From assembly GCA_963666425.2 (NCBI GenBank), contig OY762825.2, positions 672,001-736,000 on the forward strand: a DNA stretch of 64,000 nt, in the 5' to 3' direction. A program made the translations under genes and the position numbers. Source of the stretch: Bacillota bacterium (lineage in GTDB: Bacteria; Bacillota; JAAYKD01). This document shows positions 50,603 to 60,737 of this stretch, piece after piece (position 1 is the stretch's first letter; each line of letters begins with the position of its first letter). Under the pieces are notes generated by a model. That model made no database searches and was not told the DNA's origin. It was given only the letters and a program-made list of their open reading frames with translations.

Positions 50603-51757
50603 TTAAATCTCACTTTCCTGATAAAGCTCCGCAAAAACAGCCGCCATGGGATAGGTTTCGCGTTTGAAATCGCGCAGATTTTTTTCAAAGGCATCGAAGA
50701 AACGGAATAGTTTCTCGGCACGGGCGCCTTCCCCCATATGACCGATGCGCCAAACCTTGCCGGCCAGGCTGCCCCAGCTGCCGCCGATCATCACACCATA
50801 CTTTTTCCAGAGCTGCCGCCGAAAACGTTCATCGTCAATACCCTGCGGCACCATGACCGCTGTCACAGTCACCGCCCGGCAATCCTGCTGTGGCATCAGT
50901 TGAAATCCGGCGCGGCTTAAGGTTTCCCGCACGGCGGAAGCAATCATGCGATGACGCGCATAAAGACCTTCTCCCTCTGCTAAAGCGCGGTTCACAGCTT
51001 CATCCAGAGCGTATAAGTCGGAAATCGGCATAGTGTAGGGAAATTCTTTGCTGCCGGAGAGCCAGCCGTTTTTCCAGATGACCAAATTCAAATAATAACC
51101 GCCGTAGGGAATTTCACGCTCCAGCATGCGCTTCCAGGCATGCTGCGAGATCGCCAGAATGGTCAGGCCGGGAGGTGCTGAGAGTGCTTTCTGCGAACCG
51201 CCAATCACGATATCAATCTGCCAATCGTCGAGTTCGATCTTTTCCCCTGCCATAGACGCAACCGCGTCCACGATGGAAATTACGCCTCTCTCACGGCAAA
51301 CCCGTGCCAGTTCTCCCACCGGATTCAACATGCCGGAAGGTGTATCACAATGCACCATGGTAGCCACTTTGATTTCCGGGTGCTCGATCAACGCCTGCCT
51401 GATTTCCTCCGCCGTGATCGCTTCGTTATAATCTTTACTGAGAAAGACAACCTTGCCGCCGCAGCCGGTGACAAAATCGGCAAACCCACGCCCAAAAAAG
51501 CCGTTATCCAAGACTAAAACCGTCTCTCCGGGCTGTACCAGATTGACCACTGCCGCTTCTAAGCCAAGGATGCCTTCGCCGTTGAGCACCAGGACATCGT
51601 TTTCCGTGTGCAGCAGTTTTTTTAATTTGCCGCATAAATTTTCGTAAAAGTCAAAGAAATCCAGATCGAGATCCGGATTGAGGATGGGTTTGGCCATCGC
51701 CAAACGTACCGCCTCGCTAACCTCAACCGGTCCGGGCGTCAGAATCATTTTATCCAT
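50603..51757 (-). CDS. Class V aminotransferase/decarboxylase-like PLP enzyme
   Basis: LTPGP, HCDTPSG, GGSQKALSAPPG, WRIGHMG. Confidence 0.85.
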   Translation of the reverse strand: MDKMILTPGPVEVSEAVRLAMAKPILNPDLDLDFFDFYENLCGKLKKLLHTENDVLVLNGEGILGLEAAVVNLVQPGETVLVLDNGFFGRGFADFVTGCGGKVVFLSKDYNEAITAEEIRQALIEHPEIKVATMVHCDTPSGMLNPVGELARVCRERGVISIVDAVASMAGEKIELDDWQIDIVIGGSQKALSAPPGLTILAISQHAWKRMLEREIPYGGYYLNLVIWKNGWLSGSKEFPYTMPISDLYALDEAVNRALAEGEGLYARHRMIASAVRETLSRAGFQLMPQQDCRAVTVTAVMVPQGIDDERFRRQLWKKYGVMIGGSWGSLAGKVWRIGHMGEGARAEKLFRFFDAFEKNLRDFKRETYPMAAVFAELYQESEI

Positions 51758-51771
51758 CGAGAAGCACCCCT

Positions 51772-52950
51772 TTATTTTAATATGTCCAGTGTAACCTGCG
51801 CCATCACCTTCGCTCCGGTTGCCAACGCGTTTTCATTGACATCGAAACGATTATGATGAATGGGATATAGACCTTTTTCGTTATCGCCGATCCCCAGGCG
51901 GTAATAAACACCCGGAATATCCCGCATAAAAAAGGAAAAATCTTCTCCGCCCATGGAGGGTTCCAGCTGTGTGATTACATGATCGCTGCCCAAGACGGCC
52001 GCAGCAGAAGCAATCAGCTGTTTGGTTAGGGTAGCATCACTGGCGGTAAGATCATATTGATCGGTATAGTCCAGCGTATAGCTCGCACCAAAAGCAGAAC
52101 AGGTAGCAGCCAGCAGTTCCTGCATCCATTTTTGGCAGTTGGCCTGCGTCGTTTTATTCAAAGTCCGTAAGGTCCCGTTGAGCACAGCCTGTTCGGCAAT
52201 CACGTTACCGCGCACACCGGCCGTCATCTGACCGATGGTCAGCACAACCGGATCGAACGGATTGGTTCTGCGGCTGACAATCTGCTGCAGTCCGCTGATG
52301 AACTGTACGGCCACCGCCAGCGCATCGATACACAGATGCGGCTGCGCCCCATGCCCGCCGCGTCCGTTGATGGTAATGGTAAAGTTATCCGGTGCTGCCA
52401 TGATCGGACCGGCCTGAGCAGCAATACTGCCGGCCGGCACATCATGCCAAACATGAGCGCCGAAAATATAGTCGACCTTAGGATTTTCCAGGACACCCGC
52501 CGCAATCATCGGCAGTGCGCCGCCGGGGCCTTCTTCGGCCGGCTGAAAAATGAACTTGACGTTGCCTTTGATTTGTTCTTTCAGCGAAGCTAAAATCATC
52601 GCCGCTCCCAACAGACTGGCTGTATGCACATCGTGTCCGCAGGCATGCATTACACCGGCTTGCTGTGACTGATAATCGGTCTCGTTCAATTCCTGGATGG
52701 GCAGCGCGTCCATATCGGCGCGTAAAGCAACGGTAGGGCCCGCGCCGCTGCCGCGCAGCAAACCGACGACGCCTGTTTTGGCTACGTTGCGCGTGACTTC
52801 CAGACCACAACCCTCTAGTGTTTCTGCGACCAGTGCCGCAGTCTTGAATTCCTGAAAACCCAGTTCCGGGTGTCTATGAATACGCCGCCGCAGTTCAATC
52901 AACCGAGGTTGAATCTGATCTGCCAGGCGAACGACTTCCTGACTTGCCAT
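51772..52950 (-). CDS. M20D-family amidohydrolase
   Basis: HPELGFQE, RADMDAL, MHACGHD, FQPAEE, GEDF. Confidence 0.92.
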   Translation of the reverse strand: MASQEVVRLADQIQPRLIELRRRIHRHPELGFQEFKTAALVAETLEGCGLEVTRNVAKTGVVGLLRGSGAGPTVALRADMDALPIQELNETDYQSQQAGVMHACGHDVHTASLLGAAMILASLKEQIKGNVKFIFQPAEEGPGGALPMIAAGVLENPKVDYIFGAHVWHDVPAGSIAAQAGPIMAAPDNFTITINGRGGHGAQPHLCIDALAVAVQFISGLQQIVSRRTNPFDPVVLTIGQMTAGVRGNVIAEQAVLNGTLRTLNKTTQANCQKWMQELLAATCSAFGASYTLDYTDQYDLTASDATLTKQLIASAAAVLGSDHVITQLEPSMGGEDFSFFMRDIPGVYYRLGIGDNEKGLYPIHHNRFDVNENALATGAKVMAQVTLDILK

Positions 52951-53215
52951 TTTTCCATGCTCCTTTTTTTATTTACCGGTTAAAAAACCAATTGCCGCCG
53001 AAGTCTTCTTTCCTGCAATCTGTTTTAGTTTCGACGCAATCAAAGCTTTCTCCTTGTACAAGCAATGAAGATTTTACCCTCTGCCGCAGCGGAAAACCCT
53101 CGATAAATTTTCGATCCCAAGCCCGGAATTGCAGCAGCAGACATTGCTCATTCCAGAAAAGTATGTCATAATAGGACACGAAAACGAGCTGAAAGAAAAG
53201 AAAGAAGGCGAACTC

Positions 53216-54781
53216 ATGCAATCTTTTTATGATGTCATTATCATCGGCGGCGGCGGCGCCGGTCTGTGCGCTGCCATTGCCGCCCGGGAACAGGGCGCTT
53301 CCGTTTTACTGATCAGCAAGACAGCACCCGGCAAGGCCAATTGTACCGCCTTTGCCGGCGGTGGCTTCAGCTTTGCCGGACCGGGCACTGCCTGGCAGAG
53401 TCACCGCGACAAAACACGCGAAATCGGCCGCCAGATCAACAACCCGGAGCTGCTCGATCTCTATTGTCAGGAAGGTCCGCTGGCGGTGCTCAACCTGCAG
53501 CAATACGGTATGCGGATGAAAGTGCATGCCAGCGGCGCGGGTGTCGGCGCTTATGCTCCCAACTCGATGGTTGGCGGGATGGGCATGACGCTGCCGCTGC
53601 TGCAGACTTGTCTGGAAAAAGGTGTGGATCTTTTAGCCGAACATACCGTTTATGAAATCCTGCTGCAGGAAGACCATGTCTGCGGTGCTGCCGTGCTCAA
53701 CCTGAGAAACGGACAAAAACAGCTGCTCCGCTGCGCCTCCTTGGTGGTAGCAACCGGTGGCGGCGGCCGCACTTATGGCCGCACCAACAATCCGCTGACC
53801 ACCACCGGTGACGGTTATCATTTGCTTTACGAGTTGGGGCTGCCTTTTCGCGATATGGAATTTGTGCAGTTTTATCCCATGGGTTTGGCGGAAGAAGCGC
53901 TGCCAATGTGGTTCATCGATTTGGGTGTGATCGACGATGTTGCTTTTACCGACCGCAGCGGCGAGGAATTCCTGAAAAACCTGCTGCTTAGTTGGGGCAT
54001 TGCTTCGGGGCGGGAAGGTAATTTGTACGCCCGCGACCGCACCTCCATTGCCATCGCTAAAAAATGGCAGGAAGGCGATGCGCCGCTGCTGCATTTGGAA
54101 AATCTCACCGATAGCCAATGGCAGCGGCGTTACCGGGGGATTCTACGCTTGAATCGGCCGGAACACGACTTTACCAAAAAGCCAATCCGCATCCGCCCGC
54201 TGGTGCATTATATGAGCGGTGGCGTGATCATCAACACGGAATGCGAAACCGGACTTGGCGGTCTCTACGCCTGCGGTGAAGTAACCGGAGGGATTGACGG
54301 CGCCAATCGGATTGGCGGCAACGCTTTGACCAATATCAGCTACTTTGGCCTGAAAGCGGGCAAAAATGCCGGCAATTACGCCAAAGAACATCAAAATCAT
54401 GTTACTGGCAGCTTGAGCAGCAAATCAGCGGCTATGACCGGCAGCAGCGGAAAATTCCAACCGGCAGATTTACGCCGTCAGCTGAATCAAGCCATGGATC
54501 GTCTGGCAGGACCCTTGCGCAGCGCAGCCGGACTGCAGGAAGCGATGGCTGTGATTGCTGATTTACAGCAGTCTCTGACTGAGGCGGCAACTACGACACC
54601 GGAACAATTGAAAGATACGATCGAGCTGCAATCGATGCTGACCACCGCAAAACTGGTGACGGCGGGCGCTTATGAGCGCAAAGAAAGCCGCGGTGTACAT
54701 TTCCGCAGCGACTATCCCAATGAAGATCCGGCTTGGCAGAAACCCATCCTGCAAAATAAAGATCAGGGGATTCTGAAATGA
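53216..54781 (+). CDS. FAD-dependent oxidoreductase of the L-aspartate oxidase/fumarate reductase flavoprotein family
   Basis: GGGGAG, ATGG-G, TTGDG, DMEFVQFYP, HYMSGG, GANRIGGNAL, RKESRGVHFRSDYP. Confidence 0.85.
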   Translation: MQSFYDVIIIGGGGAGLCAAIAAREQGASVLLISKTAPGKANCTAFAGGGFSFAGPGTAWQSHRDKTREIGRQINNPELLDLYCQEGPLAVLNLQQYGMRMKVHASGAGVGAYAPNSMVGGMGMTLPLLQTCLEKGVDLLAEHTVYEILLQEDHVCGAAVLNLRNGQKQLLRCASLVVATGGGGRTYGRTNNPLTTTGDGYHLLYELGLPFRDMEFVQFYPMGLAEEALPMWFIDLGVIDDVAFTDRSGEEFLKNLLLSWGIASGREGNLYARDRTSIAIAKKWQEGDAPLLHLENLTDSQWQRRYRGILRLNRPEHDFTKKPIRIRPLVHYMSGGVIINTECETGLGGLYACGEVTGGIDGANRIGGNALTNISYFGLKAGKNAGNYAKEHQNHVTGSLSSKSAAMTGSSGKFQPADLRRQLNQAMDRLAGPLRSAAGLQEAMAVIADLQQSLTEAATTTPEQLKDTIELQSMLTTAKLVTAGAYERKESRGVHFRSDYPNEDPAWQKPILQNKDQGILK

Positions 54782-55866
54782 AGTATACCGCTTTACTAAA
54801 AGAGATCCAACCGCTCAACCAAGCTGCCATGCAGCTGGCACAGCGTTATCAAAACAGTCTGGTCAAACCACCGGGCAGTCTGGGCAGCCTGGAAGAGATC
54901 AGCATCCGCCTGGCCGGTATAACTGGCCGCGTCAAGAACAACCTGCCGCGCAAACTGCATGTTTTGTTTGGAGCCGATAACGGCATCTATGCTGAGGGTA
55001 TCGCTTCTGCACCGCAGAATTTCACCAATCTGCTGATGACCTATTACGGCAACACCGAGAACTGCGCCATTAACCTGCTTTGCAAACAGGCGAAGGCGGA
55101 CCTTCGTTTGTTGGATATGGGCATCATCGGACCGGTAGCAAGCAGCAAGGTCCTCAACTGCAAATTAATGCAAGGAACGGCCAATTTTGCGGTCATGCCG
55201 GCGATGCCGCTGACCATTGCCGAGCGCGCCGTGGAAATCGGCTTTGAACAGGCACAATATGCTTTTGATCAGGGTTATCAACTGATTGGCAGCGGAGAGG
55301 TCGGCATCGGTAATACCTCCAGCTCTGCCGCCTGTATGATGGCTGCTTTAGATTTGACTGCCGAAGAAGCAGTCGGCCGCGGCGCCGGTTTGAGCGATGC
55401 GGCATTCGCCAACAAAAAACGTATTCTGACCGCAGCGGTGCAGCTGCATCAACCGGATCGGGAAAATTACCTCGATATTTTAGCAAAGGTTGGCGGTCTC
55501 GATTTGGCCGCGCTGACCGGTTTATTTTTAGGAGCCGCCTATTACCGCCTGCCGGTCATTGTGGACGGCTTTATTTCCCTGACTGCTGCCGTTTTAGCAG
55601 CCAAAGCAGCGCCGCCGGTGCGGGAGTATCTGTTTCCTTCCCATGCTTCTGCCGAGCCGGGCTTCCGGAAAGGCGCCGCTTACCTTGGTCTGCAGCCAAT
55701 GCTGCAGCTGAATATGCGTTTAGGAGAAGGCAGCGGCTGCCCGCTGGCCATGCAGCTGATTGATGATGCCTTACTGATCATCAACGAAATGCTCACCTTT
55801 GACAATTCTTTGCTCAATGAAGAAGATTATAAGAAGAGTCTTGGCAGCGAAATACAAAAGGACTGA
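54778..55866 (+). CDS. cobT: Nicotinate-nucleotide--DMB phosphoribosyltransferase
   Basis: KPPGSLGSLE, GEVGIGNT, GRGAG, MRLGEGSG. Confidence 0.93.
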   Translation: MKYTALLKEIQPLNQAAMQLAQRYQNSLVKPPGSLGSLEEISIRLAGITGRVKNNLPRKLHVLFGADNGIYAEGIASAPQNFTNLLMTYYGNTENCAINLLCKQAKADLRLLDMGIIGPVASSKVLNCKLMQGTANFAVMPAMPLTIAERAVEIGFEQAQYAFDQGYQLIGSGEVGIGNTSSSAACMMAALDLTAEEAVGRGAGLSDAAFANKKRILTAAVQLHQPDRENYLDILAKVGGLDLAALTGLFLGAAYYRLPVIVDGFISLTAAVLAAKAAPPVREYLFPSHASAEPGFRKGAAYLGLQPMLQLNMRLGEGSGCPLAMQLIDDALLIINEMLTFDNSLLNEEDYKKSLGSEIQKD

Positions 55867-55871
55867 GATCA

Positions 55872-56426
55872 ATGCGCATCTTACTTTGCGGCGGCAGTAA
55901 AAGTGGAAAATCCCTACAGGCACAGCGTCTCGCCGCCCGGCTTGCTCACCTAAATGCCGCTCCGCTTTATTATCTGGCTACCATGCAGCCTATGGATCGG
56001 GAAGATGAAGCCCGCATCACCCGCCATCTGCGTGAACGGCAAGGTTGGGGTTTTGAAACACTGGAATATCCTTTTGAGATTCAGCAGGCCTTAGGCGTTT
56101 GCCGTCCCGCAGCGGTCGTGATGATCGACTGCATGACGACGCTGCTGGCCAATGCTGCGTTTTTGCATTGGCCGCCGGATTGGCAAAGCGGCGATCATCT
56201 GTTTTGGCAGTGGCAGACGCTCAGTTCCGGCTTGCAGCACAGTGTGACCGTCTCCAACGATGTCTTTTCAGATGCTCACATTTTTGCCTCTGAGACCGAA
56301 CGTTATCGTGCCATGCTGGGCAAACTGCACTGCCGGATGGCAGAAGCCGCCGATCTGGTCCTGGAAGCACAGTTCGGTCAGCTGATCTGCCACAAAGGCA
56401 GCTCGCTTTGGGAGGCTTTGCGATGA
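55872..56426 (+). CDS. cobU: Adenosylcobinamide kinase/guanylyltransferase
   Basis: GGSKSGKS, YLATM, RITRH-ER, IDCMTTLLAN, VSND. Confidence 0.85.
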   Translation: MRILLCGGSKSGKSLQAQRLAARLAHLNAAPLYYLATMQPMDREDEARITRHLRERQGWGFETLEYPFEIQQALGVCRPAAVVMIDCMTTLLANAAFLHWPPDWQSGDHLFWQWQTLSSGLQHSVTVSNDVFSDAHIFASETERYRAMLGKLHCRMAEAADLVLEAQFGQLICHKGSSLWEALR

Positions 56427-57196
56427 TCAAACGCATCTGGCAGGGGTGGCTGATGAATCTTGGCATGTTCACCAATCTGCCTTTTCTGAAAAACGTCTGG
56501 CAGGAAGACGCCGCCGTCTATGTGCTGCGCTTGCTGCCGCTGACCGGCTTGTTGTTGGGCGGTCTCTGGTGGCTGCTCTACCGCGCACTGCTGCTGCTGT
56601 CTCTGCCCTTGCCGCTCGCGGCAGTACTCCTGGCGCTTTTTCCCTGGTTTGCCAGCGGTTTTCTCCATTTGGATGGATTTATGGATACCAGTGACGCGCT
56701 GCTCTCGCGGCGCGACAGAGCAGAACAGCTGCGCATCCTGAAAGATCCCCATACCGGTGCTTTTGCGGTCATTTCTCTCGCCTGTTTATTCAGTTTCCAG
56801 CTGGCAGCCGCTTTTGTTTGCCTGCAAAGTCCCTTGCCGATTTGGCTGTTTTTCTGGATTCCCTTCACCTCACGCTTACTGACAGCCATTGCGTTGCTGC
56901 GCTGCCCTGCCCTGCCCAGCAGCAGTCTGGCCGCTTTCTTTCAAAAGGGCAATGGCGCCAAGCAGGCCAATCTGCTGCTTTTATTGTTTGGTGCCAGTTT
57001 GATTCTTGCCTATTTACAAGGCGGACCACTCGCCTTACTGCTGCTGCTGCTGCAGACCTTCTTCTTCCTACTGCCCCTGCAGAATGCGGTCCGACAATTG
57101 GGCGGTATCTCCGGTGATCTCTCCGGTTATGCCCTAACATTCTGTGAGACAGGCGCTTTCTTTGGCTTCGCCTGTCTGACGCATCTATTTTACTAG
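56423..57196 (+). CDS. cobS: Cobalamin-5'-phosphate synthase
   Basis: GFLHLDGFMDTSDA, ILKDPHTGAF, GGISGD. Confidence 0.9.
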   Translation: MIKRIWQGWLMNLGMFTNLPFLKNVWQEDAAVYVLRLLPLTGLLLGGLWWLLYRALLLLSLPLPLAAVLLALFPWFASGFLHLDGFMDTSDALLSRRDRAEQLRILKDPHTGAFAVISLACLFSFQLAAAFVCLQSPLPIWLFFWIPFTSRLLTAIALLRCPALPSSSLAAFFQKGNGAKQANLLLLLFGASLILAYLQGGPLALLLLLLQTFFFLLPLQNAVRQLGGISGDLSGYALTFCETGAFFGFACLTHLFY

Positions 57197-57205
57197 GGGT
57201 GACAA

Positions 57206-57592
57206 ATGATGATCTTAATCTTTGGCGGCGCTTATCAGGGTAAATTGCAGTTTGCCTGCAGCGAATTCGGCTTACAGCCGCAGGATTGCTATACCTGCAG
57301 CGCTGCGGACACTTCTCCTGATGCTTCGATGAAAATCTGGCAGCAGCTGCACACTTTTGTTTACCAGCTGCGCCGGGAAAACACGGATCCGCTGCTTTGG
57401 TTTGAAGAGCATCAGGCTGTTTGGCAGGATAAAATCCTGATTTTTGACGACATCGGCAGCGGCATCGTGCCAACCGATGCGCTGGAACGGCAATGGCGCG
57501 AAGACAATGGCCGCTGTCTGCAGTATCTCAGCCAACAAGCAACAGAGGTATACCGTTTATTCTGCGGCTTACCGACGAGGCTGAAACCATGA
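57206..57592 (+). CDS. Short CobU-like protein
   Basis: GGAYQGK, DDIGSGIVP, RQWRE-GR, RLFCGLP. Confidence 0.8.
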   Translation: MMILIFGGAYQGKLQFACSEFGLQPQDCYTCSAADTSPDASMKIWQQLHTFVYQLRRENTDPLLWFEEHQAVWQDKILIFDDIGSGIVPTDALERQWREDNGRCLQYLSQQATEVYRLFCGLPTRLKP

Positions 57593-58212
57593 TACATACT
57601 TTTCAATTAGTCTTGCTGCGGCACGGCAAAACCGAGGCCAATCTCCGGCATATTTTCTGCGGTCAGACCGATCTGCCGTTGGCGGTAAGCGGCCGCCAAT
57701 TACTGCTGGCAGCCTCTGCCGCCGGTATTTATCCGCCAGTGGAGCAGGTTTTCTGCAGCAGTCTGCAGCGCGCTGTTGAAACTGCTGCTATTTTAGTCCC
57801 CCACCAGACCCCGCTGCTGCTGAGTGACTTGCAGGAGTATAATTTTGGTGATTATGAAGGGTTCAGCCATGATCAGCTGCAGGATCGCAGCGACTACACC
57901 GATTGGGTCAACGACGAAATCGGCGATCTCTCTCCTCCCCATGGGGAAAGCCGAACGCAGTTTATGCAGCGTGCTTTGCGGGGGATGCAGCAGATCGCTG
58001 ACACCTGTGCTGCAACCGGAACAAAAACAGCGCTCTTGGTGACACACGGCGGCATCATTGCCAGCCTGTTGCTGCGTTGGTTTCCCGGTCAGCAAAACTA
58101 CGGACAATGGCAGCCGCAACCGGGTTATGGCTACCTGCTGCAAATTACGTATGGCAAGGATGCTCCATCCGAGATGCAGGTCACGATCCTGCGCCGGATT
58201 GAACCCCACTAG
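57589..58212 (+). CDS. cobC: Histidine phosphatase, probable alpha-ribazole phosphatase
   Basis: LRHGKT, SSLQRAVET, EYNFGDYEG, VTHGG; in the cob operon. Confidence 0.75.
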   Translation: MIHTFQLVLLRHGKTEANLRHIFCGQTDLPLAVSGRQLLLAASAAGIYPPVEQVFCSSLQRAVETAAILVPHQTPLLLSDLQEYNFGDYEGFSHDQLQDRSDYTDWVNDEIGDLSPPHGESRTQFMQRALRGMQQIADTCAATGTKTALLVTHGGIIASLLLRWFPGQQNYGQWQPQPGYGYLLQITYGKDAPSEMQVTILRRIEPH

Positions 58213-58222
58213 GAGGCAGATC

Positions 58223-59155
58223 ATGCAAAAATTCCTACCGGACATTCCCGGTTCCGATGCTTGGCTTTCGCTGACCCCTTTGCAGAAGGGCTGGTCGCGT
58301 GATGAGAAATATGTCGTCACAACCAAAGAGCATCAGAAACTGCTGCTGCGCATTTCTCCGGCGGCAGAAAAGGAAGCAAAAGAAAAGGATTACCACGCAC
58401 TCAGGGCGATCCAACACCTGAATATCCGGATGAGCCGCCTGCTCGCCTTTGGTTTGCTGGAAGACGGCAGACCCTATACTCTTTTGACTTGGCTGGAAGG
58501 CAGCGATGCGGAAAGCAGATTGCCACTATTAAGTGAAAACGAACAGTATCAACTGGGCTGGCAAGCCGGAGAGGCGCTGGCGGCATTGCACAGCATCCCA
58601 GCACCTGCCAACCAGCCAGCCTGGCAGCAACGCTTTCAGCGCAAGACTGAAAGAAAACTGGAGATTTACAACAATTGCCCCATTAAAATCCCCGGTGGCG
58701 AAGCCATCATAAATTACATTACAAACAACTTCCGGTTATTGCAGAATCGTCCGCAGTGTTTCCAGCATGGAGATTACCACTGCGGCAACCTGATTGTGAC
58801 ATCCGACAACCAAATTGGTATCATTGACTTCAATCGTCTGGATTACGGCGACCCTTTCGAAGAATTCAACCGCATCACCTGGTGTGCCGCCATCAGCCCC
58901 CACTTTGCCTCGGGACGAATCGACGGATATTTTCAGGGGAAGATCCCGGCTGATTTTTTCCCCCTGCTGGCCTTCTATATCGGCAGCAATCAGCTCTCCT
59001 CCATTCCCTGGGCTATTCCTTTCGGAGAAGAACAAGTGCTAATCCTGCGGCAACAGGGAGAGGCCGTGCTGCAGAGCTACCGGCAATTCACCTGCCTCAT
59101 TCCCAGCTGGTATACTGCCGGAAATCCTGACGCAACTCAAAAAACTTCACACTGA
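58223..59155 (+). CDS. APH/choline kinase-family phosphotransferase
   Basis: KGWSRDEKY, HGDYHCGN, IIDFNR, GDPFEEF; AGGAGG RBS. Confidence 0.85.
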   Translation: MQKFLPDIPGSDAWLSLTPLQKGWSRDEKYVVTTKEHQKLLLRISPAAEKEAKEKDYHALRAIQHLNIRMSRLLAFGLLEDGRPYTLLTWLEGSDAESRLPLLSENEQYQLGWQAGEALAALHSIPAPANQPAWQQRFQRKTERKLEIYNNCPIKIPGGEAIINYITNNFRLLQNRPQCFQHGDYHCGNLIVTSDNQIGIIDFNRLDYGDPFEEFNRITWCAAISPHFASGRIDGYFQGKIPADFFPLLAFYIGSNQLSSIPWAIPFGEEQVLILRQQGEAVLQSYRQFTCLIPSWYTAGNPDATQKTSH

Positions 59156-59160
59156 CGATA

Positions 59161-59206
59161 ATGAACCCAAGCTGTTAATTCTGCGCTGCAACAGCTTGGG
59201 TTCATA
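59161..59206. terminator. Long inverted repeat (probable terminator)
   Basis: ATGAACCCAAGCTGTT...AACAGCTTGGGTTCAT 16-bp stem just after the phosphotransferase. Confidence 0.65.
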
Positions 59207-59503
59207 GCATCTGTCAGACAAAAAAGAAGCAATGCTAAGACTCTGTATGTAGTATTTCTGAAAAATGAAGCGACCACAGGAATCAGTGCTTACACTCTCC
59301 GAACCCGGAAGCTGATTAATTTATGCTGCTGTCAGTATCGCTGCTCATAAAAAACTTATAGTTTTCCTAGAGAGAATCCGGCGATAAAAAAATCTTCACC
59401 CGAACTTAAATACAGGTGAAGACTTGCGCATCCTGAACACATCGTTCACGCTTTGCACTACAAGAGGTGAAACTGCCTCGAGATTAAAGAACGTTCCACT
59501 AAC

Positions 59504-60730
59504 TCAACTTGTGCGCAACGATTTCATGAAATATCCACTCATTGTAACCAGGGAGGCAATCACGCCAAACAAACTGATAACAAGCCATGCTGGTAAGAAA
59601 TCGCCAGCAAACCCTGCTACAACCGTTCCAAGAGGACTTAATGCTGTTGATAACATGGTTCGGAATGAATAAACCCTTCCTCGCATTTCATCAGCCACTT
59701 CTCTTTGATAAATCACAGATGAACACATACCGCTGATCATTCCACCTGTTAAGCCTAAAGCATATAAGAACATGGATAAAGATAGATTCGTGCTGAATCC
59801 CAGAAACATTTGAGACATTGTCATCACCAGACAAGTACTGATCAACAGTATTCCAACTCGGTCGATCTTTTTAAGAAAGGTTATTAAAACCGAAACAATC
59901 AGTCCCGTAATACTTGCAGCAGTAGCCATGGCAGCGAAATCCCCCACTCCACCCAAACGCTCCGTTATATAGAAGGGTAAAAGCAGGTTCTTTGCTGCAC
60001 CCATGAAGTTCGCAAATGAGAAGATGAACATTAATTGCATTATCACAGTATGCTGTTTTATATATTTCAAAGCGTTTATTATATTCTTAAGTTGATATGA
60101 TTTTTCTAAGACTCGACATACTAAATATTCTTCCTTCGCTGAAACAGCAAAAAGTGATAAACAAGAACTTATATACAAAATCGCTTTTAAAAAGAATACA
60201 TAGCTGTAATTGTATTTTGCTAAAGTCAATGCAGCCAAGGTTGGGCCAAGAAGAGTTCCGGCTCTTAAAAACCCTTGCTTCATAGCATTGGCTTGTGTCA
60301 GTGACTCTTTATCAACAATATTAGGAATGATTGCTTCCGAAGCTGGCTGATAAAACGCATTCGTAGCCGAGTTGATGAAATAGTAACTCGCCAGTAAATA
60401 AACATTTGCCTGATTATCCAGTAAAAATAACCCAACACAAGCAGAAAAAACTGCATTGGCTAATTGTGACCACTGCATCACTTTTTTTCGACTAACCTGA
60501 TCCAAAACATTACCTGCAAAAGGGAGTAACAAATAAGTAGGTAAATAGCTTGCTAGGTAAGTTAAACCCGCTAACGATGTAGAACCTGTAGTCTCTCTTA
60601 ATAGCCACATCACTGCTAATGATGCAACAGATGTCCCAAGGGTGGATAGTAAATTTCCTGATAGGAAAATCAAGAACCCGTGATTTTTCCAAATGCTGAC
60701 TTTAACTTTTTCGTGTGAATCTGTATTCAT
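59504..60730 (-). CDS. MFS transporter (DHA3/macrolide-efflux-like)
   Basis: FAGNVLDQVSRKK, FYQPASEAIIPNIV, MRGRV; AT-rich coding sequence. Confidence 0.85.
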   Translation of the reverse strand: MNTDSHEKVKVSIWKNHGFLIFLSGNLLSTLGTSVASLAVMWLLRETTGSTSLAGLTYLASYLPTYLLLPFAGNVLDQVSRKKVMQWSQLANAVFSACVGLFLLDNQANVYLLASYYFINSATNAFYQPASEAIIPNIVDKESLTQANAMKQGFLRAGTLLGPTLAALTLAKYNYSYVFFLKAILYISSCLSLFAVSAKEEYLVCRVLEKSYQLKNIINALKYIKQHTVIMQLMFIFSFANFMGAAKNLLLPFYITERLGGVGDFAAMATAASITGLIVSVLITFLKKIDRVGILLISTCLVMTMSQMFLGFSTNLSLSMFLYALGLTGGMISGMCSSVIYQREVADEMRGRVYSFRTMLSTALSPLGTVVAGFAGDFLPAWLVISLFGVIASLVTMSGYFMKSLRTS

Positions 60731-60737
60731 GCGTTAC

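Noticed and set aside
52951-53215. Cobalamin riboswitch upstream of the cob operon
   Set aside because: No B12-box or recognisable conserved core in this short divergent intergenic region
58223-59155. Aminoglycoside resistance gene
   Set aside because: Only the generic APH/kinase fold motifs are visible; substrate cannot be inferred and there is no mobile context
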